A DNA stretch of 64,000 nucleotides from NCBI RefSeq assembly GCF_009914755.1, contig NC_060931.1. One strand, 5' to 3'. The notes under the pieces were generated by a model. That model did not search any database, was not told the DNA's origin, and was given only the letters and a program-made list of their open reading frames with translations. Shown here piece by piece: positions 27,949-44,650 of this stretch. Position numbers and translations under genes: made by a program. This DNA is from the human T2T-CHM13v2.0 reference genome, Homo sapiens. The number at the start of each line of letters is the position of its first letter. Positions within the stretch are counted from its first letter, which is position 1.

Positions 27949-28294
27949 TGTTTTTTGAAAACATTATTCCTTTATTAATGCTACTTTAAGTTCATACTGA
28001 TGTACTGGATAGCCTCATTTTGCTGACCTTGCAGCCAGCACTAGCCTGTGTGGAAAAGACTCCTGGGTCCGTGTTCATTCACATCTCACCGCAACCTCAG
28101 AATATGCACTTTAATTTATTTATTAGCGTTTTAGAGGGAAAGCATATCATTTTTTCATTTAGCCTTGTTTTATTTTTTATTTATTTTGTTTATTTTATGG
28201 GGTACCTGTGCAGATTTGTTACATGCACAGAGTGTACAATTGCCAAGGCAGGGCTTTTAGGGTATCCATCACCTGATTAATGTACATCGTACCA
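27949..28294 (-). mobile_element. 5'-truncated L1PB3/4-like 3' end with putative 3'-transduced flank
   Basis: L1 3'UTR ~28199-28294, A-rich tail, ~200 nt non-L1 sequence, AATAAA, second A-tail; 16-bp direct repeats tctttccagaacattc at 27933 and 28295. Confidence 0.7.
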
Positions 28295-28888
28295 TCTTTC
28301 CAGAACATTCCTACCCTTGATGTCTCACTGTTTTAGAAAGTCTTCCTACCATTCTCCTCCACCATCATCTGAGCACCTCTGTGGGTGGATGTCATCTATA
28401 AAACCTGACAACATAATAAATGGGTGTTTTAGCTAATGCCCAAGTGAGATAACGGAGGCTGAGATAACACCCGTGGATCAGGGATCTGGTTGTCATGGTG
28501 GATTAACTAACTGACCTTTTGTTAATGTTGGAGGCCACCTGTATTTAAAGTCAGCAACGGCAGAACTCTAGAGAATATTGCTTACCAAAGGACCCAGCTG
28601 ACTGACTTCACCCCTGCTGCAAGTGAGGTTCATCGTTTGTATCTGTCTGTTGTTGGAAGACTCAGGGAGACAGACACCTCAGGACTGAGGAGGAGAGAGA
28701 GGATGTGCCAAGGCTAACAGGGTAGCAGGTATCTAAGAGTTTTGTTTACAAATTTTCACATTGCTAAGTTTAATTTTAAACTTTTAAGTTAAATCTTAAA
28801 GTGTATCTATTTTTGATGTGTAAAAAGTATTCATCAAGTATAAATATGCTTGCCAAAGAGAAGACTGGAGAACACAAATAAGTGCAGA

Positions 28889-28924
<36 letters not shown>
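28889..28924. repeat. (GAT)12 microsatellite
   Basis: Perfect trinucleotide run. Confidence 0.95.
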
Positions 28925-28925
<1 letters not shown>

Positions 28926-29669
28926 TTAGAAAGTTCCAAAGGGTTGAGATATTTTACACAATTAATCAGAGAGGCTCCAGCTACCTCAATACAGAGGCTT
29001 AGGGAATCAGAATGTTGGCCCTATAAGTGGCTTGTAAAGTGATAGCCATTTTCCAACATCTTTACAATTCCCAGTGGTGAATGCTCATGCACATGAGTGT
29101 TTCCTACATGACTCCATGGTCTCCAGCTCATTTGTATGAGCACATTGGACTATCGGCCATGATGCTGAGTAAGGTGACAAGAAAAAGACTAGCTATGCCT
29201 GGCATTTTGCACAAGACAGCATAATCCTGAGAAGGGGTTATATATCAGAGTGGTTAAGGAACCTGTTGACAATAATACAGATACAATGAGGCATGACTTC
29301 AATTTGAGCCCAGATTTTGCTTTATTTCAAAATCTCCCTTGTCTTTCCACTTCTTCTTTGTGATTCTTTCCTCTCTGTCTAGACATCGTGGAAAACTGGT
29401 GCTTTGTGCTGCCCATCACATATTCTGTCTTCTTTTTTTCTTCAACTTTTAAGTTCAGGGGTACATGTGCAGGATGTGCAGGTTTGTTACATAGGTAAAC
29501 ATGTGCCATGGTGGTTTGCTGCCCAGATCATCCCATAACCTAGTCATTAAGCCTAGCATCTATTAGTTATTCTTCCTGATGCTCTTCCTCCCCCCAGCCC
29601 CCAAGAGGCCCCGGTGTGTGTTGTTCCCCAACATGTGTCCACATGTTCTTATCATTCAGCTCCCACTTA

Positions 29670-32600
29670 TAAGTGAGAACACTTGGTGTTTGGTTTTCTG
29701 TTCCTGTGTTAGTGTGATGACGATAATGGCTTCCAACTCCATCTATGTCTTTCCAAAGGACATGATCTCATTCCTTCTTATGGCTGTGTAGTATTCCATG
29801 GTATATATGTACCACATTGTCTTTATCCAGTCTATCATTGATGGGCATTTAGGTTAATTCCATGCCTTTGCTATTGTGAATAGTGCTGCAACAAACATAC
29901 ACATGTATGTATCTTTATAATAGAATGGTTTATATTGCTTAGGGTATATACTCAGTAATGGGATTGCTGGGTTAAATGGTATTTCTGCCTCTAGGTCTTT
30001 GAGGAATTGCCAAACTGTCTTCCACAATGGTTGAACTAATTTACACTCCCACCAACAGTGTGAAAACACTCCTTTTTCTCCGCAACTTTGCCAGCATCTG
30101 TTTTTTATTGACTTTTAAAAAATCGCATTCTGACTGGAGTGAGATGGTATCTCATTGTGGTTTTGGTTTGCATTTCTCTAATGATCAGTGATGTTGAGCT
30201 TTCTTTCATATGTTTGCTGGCCACATGTATGTCTTCCTTTGAGAAGTGTCTGCTCATGTTCTTTGCCCACTTTTTAATGGGGTTGTTTGTGTTTTTCTTG
30301 CAAATTAGTATTTAAGTTCCTTGTAGACTCTGGATATTAGACCTTTGTCAGATGGATAGATTGCAAAATTTTTCTCCCATTCTGTATGTTTTCTCCCATT
30401 CTGTAGGTTGTCTGTTCACTCTGATTATAGTTTCTTTTGCTGTGCAGAAGCTCTTTAGTTTAATTAGATATCGTGTGTCAATTTTTGTTTTTGGTACAAT
30501 TCCTTTTGGCATTTTCATCATGAAATCTTTGCTCGTGCCTATGTCCTGTATGGTATTGCCTAGATTTTCTTCTAGGGTTTTTTTGTTTGTTTGTTTTTAT
30601 AGTTTTGGGTTTTACATTTAAGTCTTTAAATCATCTTGAGTTAATTTTTGTATATGGTGTAAGAAAGGGGTCCAGTTTCAATTTTCTGCATATGGCTCAG
30701 CACCGTTTATTGAAGAGGGAATCTTTTCCCCATTGCTTGTTTTTGTCAGGTTTGTCAAAGGTCAGATGGTTGTAGGTGTGCAGTTTTATTTCTGTGTTCT
30801 CTATTCTGTTCCATTGGTCTACATAGACCAATGTTTATGTATCAGTTTATGTATCAATGTTATTATATCAGTACCATGCTATTTTGGTTATTGTAGCTTT
30901 GTAGTATAGTTTGAACACAGGTAGCATGATTCCTCCAGCTTTGTTCTTTTTGCTTAAGATTGTCTTGGCTATTAGGGCTCTTTTTTGTTTCCATATGAAC
31001 TTTAAAATTGTTTTTTCTAATTCTGTGAAGAATGTCAGGGTAGTTGAATGGGAATAGCATTGAATCTATAAATTACTTTGGGCAGTATGGCCATTTCCAT
31101 GATGTTGATTCTTCCTATCCATAAACATGGAATGCTTTTCCAGTTGCTTGTGTCCTCTCTGTTTTCCTTGAGCAGTGGTCTGTAGTTGCCCTTGAAGAGG
31201 TCCTTCACTTCCCTTGTTAGCTGTATTTCTAAGTATTTTATTCTCCTTGTAGCAATTGTGAGTGGGAGTTCATTCATAATTTGGCTCTCTGCTTGCCTGT
31301 TGTTGGTGTATAGGAATGCTAGCAGTTTTGCACATTGATTTTGTATCCTGAGACTTTGCTGAAGTTGCTTATCAGCTTAAGAGGCTTTGGGGCTGAGATG
31401 ATGGAGTTTTCTAAATATAGGATCATGTCATCCAGAAACAAAGATAATTTGACTTCCTGTCTTCCTATTTAAATACTCTTTATTTCTTTCTTTTTCCTGA
31501 TTGCCCTGGTCAGAACTTCCAATACTATGTTTAGCAGGAGTGGTGAGAGAAGGCATCCTTGTCTTGTACCAGCTTTCAAGGGGAATGCTTCCAGGTTTTG
31601 CCCATTCGGTATGCTATTGACTGTGGGTTTGTCATATAAGGCTCTTATTATTTTGAAGTATGTTCCTTCAATACCTAGTTTCTTCAATACCAAGTTTTTA
31701 ACATGAAGGGATGTTGAAATTTATTGAAGGCCTTTTCTGCCTTTATTAGGATAATCATGTGTTTTTTGTCTTTAGTTCTGTTTATGTGATGAATCACACT
31801 TATTGACTTGCATATGTTGAACCAACCTTGCATCCCAGGGATGAAGTCAACTTGATCGGGGTGGATAAGCTTTTTGATGTGCTGTTGCGTTTGGTTAGCC
31901 AGTATTTTATTGAGGATTTTTGAATCAATGTTTGTCAAGGATATTGGCCTGATGTTTTCTTTTTGTTGTATCCTGCCAGGTTTTGGTATCAGGATGATGC
32001 TGGCCTTGTAGAATGAGTTAGGGAGGAGTCCATCCTTTTCAATTTTTTGCAATAGTTTCAGTAGAAATGGTACCAGCTCTTCTTTGTCTCTCTGGTAGAA
32101 TTCAGTTGTGAATCCATTTGGTCCTGGGTTTTTTGTTTTTGTTTTTGGTTGGTAGGCTATTTATCACTGCCTCAATTTAAGAACTCATTATTGGTCTATT
32201 CAGGTATTCAGTTTCTTCCTGGTTCAGTCTTGGGAGGGTGTATGTGTCTAGGAATTTGTCCATTTCTTCTAGATTTTCTAGTTTATGTGCATAGAGGTGT
32301 TTATAGTATTCTGTGGTGGTTGTTTGTATTTCTGTGGGGTCAGTGGTGATACTCCCTTTATCATTTCATTTCTGATTGTGTTTATTTTATTCTTCTCTCT
32401 TTTCTTCTTTATCAGTCTAGCTAGTGGGCTATCTTATTAATTTTTTTAAAAAAACAGTTCCTGGATTCTTTGATTTTTTGAAGAGTTCTTCATGCCTATA
32501 TATTCTTCAGTTCAGCACTGATCTTGGTAATTTCTTGTCTTGTTAGCTTTTAGGTTTGCTTGCTGTTGGTTCTTTAGTTCCTTTAGCAGAGATGTTTTAG

Positions 32601-33514
32601 TTGAGATATTTGTAGCTTTTTGATGTGGGCGTTTAGTGCTATAAATTTTCCTCTTAACCCTGATTTAGCCACATCCCAGAGATTCTGGTATGTTGTCTCT
32701 TTGCTCTCATTAGTTGCAAAGAACTTCTTGATTTCTGCCTTAATTATATGCCCAAGAGTGCTTCAGGAGGAGATTGTTTGATTTCCATGTAGTTGCGTGG
32801 TTTTGAGTGAATTTCTTAATTTTGAGTTCTAATTTGATTGCACTGTGGTCTGAGAGACTGTTACGATTTTAGTTCTTTTACTTTTGCTGAGGAGTGTTTT
32901 ACTTCCAATTATGTGACCAATTTTAGAGTAAGTGCCATGTGGTGATGAGAGGAATGTGTATTCTGTTGTTTTGGTTGGAGAGTTCTGTAGATATCTATCA
33001 GGTCCACTTGATCTGCAGCTGAGTTCAGGCCCTGAATATCTTGGTTGATTTTCTGTCTCAATGATCTGTCGACTGTTGTCAGTGGGGTATTAAAGTCTCC
33101 TGCTATTATTGTGTGGGAGTCCAAGTCTCCTTGTATGTCTCTAAGTACTTTATGAATCTGGATGCTCCTGTATTGATACATATATATTTAGGATAGTTAA
33201 CTCTTCTTGTTTAATTGAACCCTTTACCATTATGCAGTGCACTTCGTTGTCTTTTTTGATCTTTGTTGAGTTAAAGTCTGTATTGTCAGAAACTAGGATT
33301 ACAATCCCTGCTTGTTTCCATTTGCCTGGTAAATTTTCCTCCATCCCTTTATATTGAGCCTATGTGTGTCTTTACACTTGAGATGGGTCTCTTGAAGACA
33401 GCATACAGATGGGTCTTGGCTGTTTATCCAATTTGCCAGTCTGTCTTTTAATTGGGGCATTTAGCCCATTTACATTCAAGATTAGTATTGTTATGTATTT
33501 TATCCTGTCATCAT
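29670..33514 (-). pseudogene. L1 ORF2p remnant (EN/RT/C-terminal), fragmented
   Basis: Fragments [55 protein letters not shown] in different frames. Confidence 0.9.
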
Positions 33515-33574
33515 GATGCTACTTGGTTATTTTGCACACTTGTTTATGTGATTGCTTCATAGTATCACTGGTCT

Positions 33575-34854
<1,280 letters not shown>

Positions 34855-36293
34855 CTTGGTGGGCTTATCTACCTTCGATCTTTGAGGTTGCTGACCTTTG
34901 AATGGGGTTTTGTGGGGTCTTTTTTGTTGATGTTGTTGTGATGGTGGTTTTCTGTTTGTTTGTTTTTCTTTTAACAGTCAGGCCACTCTACTGTTGGTCT
35001 GCTGTGGTTTGCTGGGGGTCTGCTCCATACCCTAGTTGCTTCAGCATTTCCTGTACCTGGAGGTACTGCCAGTGAAGCCTTCAAAAAAGCAAAGATGGCA
35101 GCCAGTTCCTTCCTCTGGAAGCTCTGTCCCAGGATAGTACTGACTTGTTGCCAACCTGAATGCACCTACAGGAGGTGACTAGAGACTCCTGTTGGGAGGT
35201 CTTACACAGTCAGGAGGAACAGGATCAGAGACCTGCTTAAAGAAGCAGTATGGCTGCTTTTTGGTAGAGCATGTGTGCTCTGTTGGGGGGGAACCCTTCC
35301 TCCTCTGGACTGTTTATATTCTCCAAAGCTGACAGGCTGGAATAGCTAAGTCAACCAAACCACAGAGATGGTGGCTGCTCCTTCCCCCAGGAGTTCTGTC
35401 TCAGGGAAAGATCAGAGCTCTATCCGTAGAACCCTGGCTGGAGTGGCTGAAGCCCTGATTGGGAGTTCCTACCCAGTGAGGAGAAATGGATTGGGGTCCT
35501 GCTTAAAGAAGCAGTCTGGCCACAATCTGGCAAGGCAGTTGTGCTGCACTATGGGGGACCCTTCCTTGTATGGACCATTTGTATTCTCCAAAGCTGGCAG
35601 GCTGGAAGAGCTGAGTCTACTGAACCAAAGAGATGGCAGCTTCCCCTCATTCCGGGAACTCAGACCCATCTCAGGCAGATTCCAGCCTGTTGCCATTGGC
35701 TGGCTGGAATCTCAAGCCAGTAGGTCTTAACTTGTGATGTGCCATAGAAATGGGGCCTGCAGAATGACACTGCTTGGCCCTCTGGATTCAGACCCTTCTA
35801 GGGATATGTACGAATGGATTTCCCACCTTACCAGGGATCCCGGGGGCAGAGTATGTAAAATTCCTGGGTCTCTGTGTGTGTCTGAGCAGCTGCTCTGCCA
35901 AGACTCTACACAACTCTGTGTATTGGACCCAAATCCCTGGTGGCATGGGCTCACAAGGGGATCTCCTGATCTGAGGGATGCAAAGATTCATGGGAGAAGT
36001 GTCTGTGGTTTCTCAGGCATGGCCACACAATCACTGGCCAATTCCCTTGGCTGGGAGTGGGGCGCCTTTGGCTCTATGCCACTACCAGTGGGCCATTGCC
36101 CCTGTCCTCAGCCCTGCTTTTCTTCATTCTTTGTGGGTGGAGTTGTTTGCCTAGTCAGTCCCAATGTGAGAACCTGGATATTTCAGTTGAAGGTCAGAAT
36201 TCACTCATCGCTTTTCATTCCTCTTTGTGAGTGCTGCAGAACACAGCTGCTTCTAATAAGCCATCTTGGATATCCTAGTCCCCATCTTCTTTT

Positions 36294-36656
36294 AATAACT
36301 ATACCTGGGGTTACTTTTAGGAACTGCCTTTCCCCACTAAATACAAGCTGATAGGACTATTGATTAAGATGGCGACCTGCCTTCTTTTAGGCCAATTAGA
36401 TATTTCCTACCTGAAATTTAAATTTCTGTGTGAGAAAAAAATAAAAGAAATGAAAAACAACTGGACTCCATTTATTCATTCTGGCTACTGCCTCCCAGGC
36501 CCTCTGGAGTTTCTGGGTTCTTGCTCTTTCCAAGGCAGTTCCTATATGTCTTCTGACAATTCTCTGAACTCCCTGACATCCTTCCAAATAATATGTTTGC
36601 TTTTGTCAGCCTGAGTCAATTTCTGTTGCTTGCAAGCCAAGAATCTCATCTGAACA
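36294..36656 (+). mobile_element. Old MaLR/ERVL LTR 3' part, probably the L1 target
   Basis: LTR-like end tttctgttgcttgcaagccaagaatc.catctgaaca; possible 5' part at ~29385-29424. Confidence 0.45.
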
Positions 36657-36689
36657 GTTACTTACAACTATGAACCCGTGAAAGTAGCA

Positions 36690-36850
36690 AGTGCTTTCAA
36701 ACTTCACATAATCTGAAGACTCATCTAGGACAGTTGTAAAAAATACAGATTCTTGATTTCTGCCTCAGGCTCACTAAATAAGAATTTCCAGGACTGGGGC
36801 CTAAGAAAACTGTTTTTAACTAAGCTTCCCAACTAACTTCTTTTCTAGGA
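36690..36850. mobile_element. MER5-family MITE
   Basis: agtgctttcaaactt...ttgtaaaaaatacagattct...agaatttccaggactggggcctaagaa...ttttaactaagcttcc. Confidence 0.6.
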
Positions 36851-37485
36851 AAATTTTTAATTTTTTACCCTTGTCTTCCTGATTCCCAATTCTAATCCAT
36901 CCCCTACATGGGTGCCTTTCCCTAAGCTCTCAATTTACAAATGATATAATGCTGTACCCAATCTGTCTATTTCTTTCTTTCTCACTCGCTATCTTTTCAA
37001 TATCTATTTATATTCAGGTGCTGCACAGAATTTTATTATTTGCGTATATTGCATTGTGTTTATTCATTTCCCTGTTGATGGGAATTTAACTGTTCCCATT
37101 TTTTTTTTCCTAATACAAATGACATTGCAATAGACATCCCCCTTGGGTATCCCATGAAAGTATTTCTATTCTGTATACCAATGGTGGAAGTGCTGGATTA
37201 TAGACATACACAAATACAGTTTCAGTAAATTATTCTAAATTGCTTTTCAGTAAATTGCACAATTTACAATAAGGACATGAGGTTTACTGTTTCCTCCATG
37301 ACCCTGATAATGGTTAACATTATCCAACATTATATTTTATTTTGCTAATCTGGTAGATATCACATAGATCTCATCATTCTAATTGGCCTTTCTCTGGTTA
37401 TTATTTATTTCTGTGCTTATTAGTCATCTAGGCCTACCTGAGATATCTACTCACATATTTTGCACATTCTTTTTAGGGTTCCTTT

Positions 37486-38176
37486 TGTAGTAGAATATAT
37501 TTTCCAAAAATGGTCATAGCCATATTTTCCATTCCACGTTGACTTTCAGAACCTTGTCATTTTCCCATCAAGATGTGGAGTCTACTTTCCCTCCTTTGAG
37601 TCTGGGCAGGACTTTGTAACTGCCTCAGTGAATAGAATATGATGGAAATGACTGCGTTGCTTTTCAGTCTAGGTCATAAAAATCAATACAGCTTCTCCCT
37701 GTTCTCTCTCATTGTGTTTCTCTCTCTCTTGGATCTTACCCTTGAAACCCAACCACTGTGTTATAAGGAAACTCAGAGCACATGACCAAGCAGTATTAGG
37801 TGTTCCTGCCAACATCTTCAGCTAAGAATTCAACTCCTCACTAATATTGATTGTGATACCTGAGAATGAGTAAACCTCTAGGACAGAGTCAGCAAACATT
37901 TTCTTTAAGAGCCAAGTAGCAGATATTTAGACTATTCTTAGTTCATGGGCTGTATAAAAATAGACAGAATTTGGCCTGTGAGGCTGTAGTTTACCCTGCT
38001 TTAAATGGTTCCTATACCCAACCTTTAAGGCATCCCAGCTAAAGGTGAGTGGAGCAGAAATGAGCTGACCCCACTGAGCTTTGTCCAAATGGTAAGTACA
38101 TGAACAAAACAAATGGCCTTATTTGAAGCCACTGAATGTAGGAGTAATTTGTATTATAGCCATAATAGCTAGAACA
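37486..38176 (+). mobile_element. MLT1G/H-like MaLR LTR
   Basis: cccatcaagatgtggagtcta.ttccctcc.ttgagtctgggcagg.cttgtaactgc...aatagaat; end gtaatttgt...agccataatagctagaaca. Confidence 0.8.
37882..37998. mobile_element. MER58A-like hAT MITE nested in MLT1
   Basis: cagagtcagcaaacattttct.taagagccaa...gatattttagact...atttggcctgtgaggctgtagttt. Confidence 0.7.
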
Positions 38177-38339
38177 CCTGGTTTTTTTTCTTGTTGATTT
38201 TTGGAAATTCTTTATTTGTTCTACATATTCATCTTTAGTGAATTTCAGATATTGCTGACATCTTTAATCTTTTCATTTTATCTATATGCTCTTCTTTAAG
38301 TAGAAATCTTCATTTTTTAGGTTATCAAAATATCAATTA

Positions 38340-38480
38340 CTAGCTGGATAATATTGGGCATATTATTTGTTTCCTTATCTATTAAATAATAATAATAATA
38401 CCTAGTTGATAGGGTTGCCATGCCAATTAAATGAATACCTGTCAAACATATAGACCACTATCTGACATATACTAACTGCT
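38340..38480 (+). mobile_element. MIR fragment
   Basis: ttccttatctattaaa...aataatacct...atagggttg...aattaaatga. Confidence 0.55.
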
Positions 38481-38499
38481 ACAAAAAGATTCGTAAAAA

Positions 38500-40237
38500 A
38501 TAAATAAATAATTTATCTTTATATCATGGACTTTTTGTGTCTCACTTAGGAAGTGCTTTTCTACCTGTTCTTGTGTGGTGCATATCTATTTTGGTATCAA
38601 GGTTATGCTAATATCAAAAAAATTAATTGGACATATTTTTCTCTTTTTCTGTTTTCTGTAATATCTACAACATAGTCTTATCTGTTCCTGGAAAGTTTGG
38701 TAAACCTTTAAACCAATACAAATGCTTTGGAGGGGGATTTATAGGGATGAAGAGAAAATTACTATTTCAATTTTTCCAATTAGTATCCATTTGTTCAAGC
38801 TTTCTGGCTTTTTGGGCCAATTTAAGCATTTTATATTTTCATTGGAAATTTTCATTTGTATCTAGTTTGTAAAATTTATTGGAGCATATTTGTATATAAT
38901 AATATGCTTGTGAGATTTTACAGATCTCTGCTTTATTTGAAGTTGCCTCTTTTTCACTACATATTTTGCTTATTTGGGGTTTTTCCCTGTCTTTTAATCA
39001 ATTTTACCTTACATTTTTGTAAGCATATTAGTGTTTTCAAATAATCAATATTTTGTTTTACAATAATTTTTATTTTTTTAGTTCTCTAATTGATTTCCAC
39101 CATTATCTTTATTTTCTTATTTCTTGATTCTTTATGTTTACTCAATTGGTTGATCTCCAGCTTTCTTTAATTGCAAATTTAATTGCTTTATTCTCATTTC
39201 TTTTTGATTTATAATAAATGCATTCAAATATGTGATTTTCTCTTTAAGTACTATTTTACCTGATTGCCATAAAAATTGATATATATTGCTTTCCTTTACC
39301 TTAGTGCTACCCCATTATATATTCTTTTTTGGATGTCAAAATAATTTTTTATTATTGGCAGTTAACAACTACTTTGACCAAGAATAGCATTCTGCAAATC
39401 AGGCTGTTACATTATCACATTATCTAGTCTGTTGTTTCTCTATGTCTAATAATTCCTTGAATAAAAGTGTCAGGATTTTTTTGTAAAAATCAGATTTAAC
39501 ATCATAATCTACATTATATTTTCATAATAATTTGGATTCTAATATCTTAGTTATAACAAAACGGGCAATTGTTTCCAAAGTATTTTGTGCCTAAAATTTC
39601 TTATTGATGTGGTCAACTCGTGTGTGTATGTGTGTGTAAATATATATATTTATATACATATATTTATTAATAACTACAATTGTTGTTTTGTAGACTTATT
39701 CCAAAAAATTTATCTGTTTGTCCAGTATTTGTCTAATATATTTCATTATTGTTGTACCTTCTTGATATAGTATTTTCCCCTATATTTTCAACATTTTAGA
39801 ATACTTTTATTTTTTCAGTGTCTCCTGTAAGTAGTATATGGCTGGGTTATTTTTAAAATCAGAGCTTAAATTCTCTTTCAATTAGAATTTAACTCATTTA
39901 CAATTATTGTAATTTCTTCTATATTAGGACTTATTTCTGACATTTTATTTTATATTTAACCATGTTTTAAAAATTACTCTTTATACTTTCTTGTATTTAT
40001 TTAAAAAGATAAATGTTTAAATTTGTTTAAAATTTTTTCACCGATATTTTGAAGTTATGCAGATCCATACGTAGTCTTAATTTTCCCTTTTAAAGTTTAA
40101 AGCTTATCAACAGTTTTGTCTTCCACTTGAAAATGACAAAAACTCTAACAAACTTTCACTATCCCCCATGTTCCTCTCTATTTCTTAAATCCTTAAACTT
40201 TTGATTCCAGATTTTGTAATATGTATATAAAATATAT
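38500..40237 (-). mobile_element. Highly degraded L1M, left part
   Basis: ttttggtatcaaggttatgcta, tctcctgtaagtagtatatggctggg, gaatttaactcatttacaatt; T-rich antisense L1. Confidence 0.6.
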
Positions 40238-40249
40238 TAAAATATTTAG

Positions 40250-43011
<2,762 letters not shown>

Positions 43012-43031
43012 TAAAATATTTACTGTATGTA

Positions 43032-43740
43032 AATATAAATTTATAGTCATTTCTAATTTATATATTATTAAACAGGTTATTTCTTTGTGCACTCTTGCTT
43101 CCATATCACATTGCTTCTGCTTGGATTAATTAATCTTCTTCATGAAGGAGTCATTTGAGTTCTTCAGAGAACTTGCATTTAATGTGACAAATTATTGGCA
43201 ACTTTGTATGCCTGAAAATATATTTTTTTCACCTATTCAGTGAAAGTTTAAGTGGCTATAATTCGAAGTTCATTATTTTTTCTTTCAATACTTTGAATGT
43301 GCTAGAACATGTATTGTCAAAAAGTCTAGTGTTAACCTGAATTTTGTTCTTTTTAGGTAAACCACTTTTACTCTTTTGAAGCTTGAATTTTTTTTCTCTT
43401 TGCGTTTATTGCTCCTAAATTTTGCTATAATATACCTATGTATAGTTTTTCTTATTTGTATCCAGCTCAGTACTCTCTAGTTCTTTCTATGTAAGGTGTT
43501 ATATCTTCACTTCTGGTCATTCTTAGTTGCTGTGTCTTCAAATATTGCCTCCCATAGCTCTGAAACTCCTATGGGGCAGAAGTAGGCACAGCTATATCTA
43601 TCTGCTATATCTCATAATTTTGGTATTTTTTATTTCTATATTTCTTTTGCATATTTTTTATTTGAGCATCCTTTTCCATCCTGCCTACTAATTTGATCTT
43701 TGGTTTTATTGATTTTGCTACTTAACTCATAGGTTGAATT
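43032..43740 (-). mobile_element. Highly degraded L1M, right part
   Basis: tttgtatgcctgaaaatat.ttt, aaaagtctagtgttaacctga, tcttcaaatattgcctc. Confidence 0.55.
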
Positions 43741-43763
43741 TTCATAGCACCACCACCCCCAAC

Positions 43764-43797
<34 letters not shown>

Positions 43798-43806
43798 GAG
43801 AGAGAG
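43764..43806. repeat. (CA)14 followed by a GA run
   Basis: Seen directly. Confidence 0.9.
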
Positions 43807-44134
43807 ATTGAGCATCATTATCCAAAATGCTTGGGACCAGAGGTGTGTTGAATAACATTTCTTAAAAAAAATTCTGAATACTTGCATATACATAATGAGA
43901 TATCTTGGGGATGGAACTCAATTCTAAACATGAAGTTTGTTTATGTTTCATATATAGCTTATATGCATAGTCCGAAGGTAATTTTATATAATCTTTTGAA
44001 TAATTTTATACCTAAAGTTTGTGTTAAGTACTTATGCATAGAATTTTCCACTTGTGGCATCATGTCAGTGCTCAGAAACTTCAGATTTTGGAACATTTCA
44101 GATTTTAGATTTTCAGATTAGGAATGCTCAACAT
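43805..44134. mobile_element. Tigger4b/MER46B-like TcMar element
   Basis: TIRs ttgagcatc / gaatgctcaa; tccaaaatgcttgggaccagag; ttttccacttgtggcatcatgtcagtgctca. Confidence 0.8.
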
Positions 44135-44350
44135 ATATGTATGTGTGTGTGTGTTTGTGTGTATGGATATACATCTATATATATCTCCAGGTGGCTTTTC
44201 TTGGTCATCTGTTCTTTGCTTACAAAATACAAAAGAAATAAAATTTGAAAGTGAAGATCAGGCCATGATGAAGATTTTCAAAAGTAATATTAAAAAGTTG
44301 GTTGCATTACTCCAAACTCCCTCATCAAAGAGAATATAAAAGAGACAAGA

Positions 44351-44650
<300 letters not shown>

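Larger units (their letters stand above)
36870..38330 (-). mobile_element. Old L1ME-type fragment, interrupted by MLT1
   Basis: ttcatttccctgttgatgggaatttaa, gtggaagtgctggattata, ttttgctaatctggtagat. Confidence 0.65.

Noticed and set aside
30370-30407. 19-nt tandem duplication in L1 ORF2
   Set aside because: Simple slippage duplication with no inverted component.
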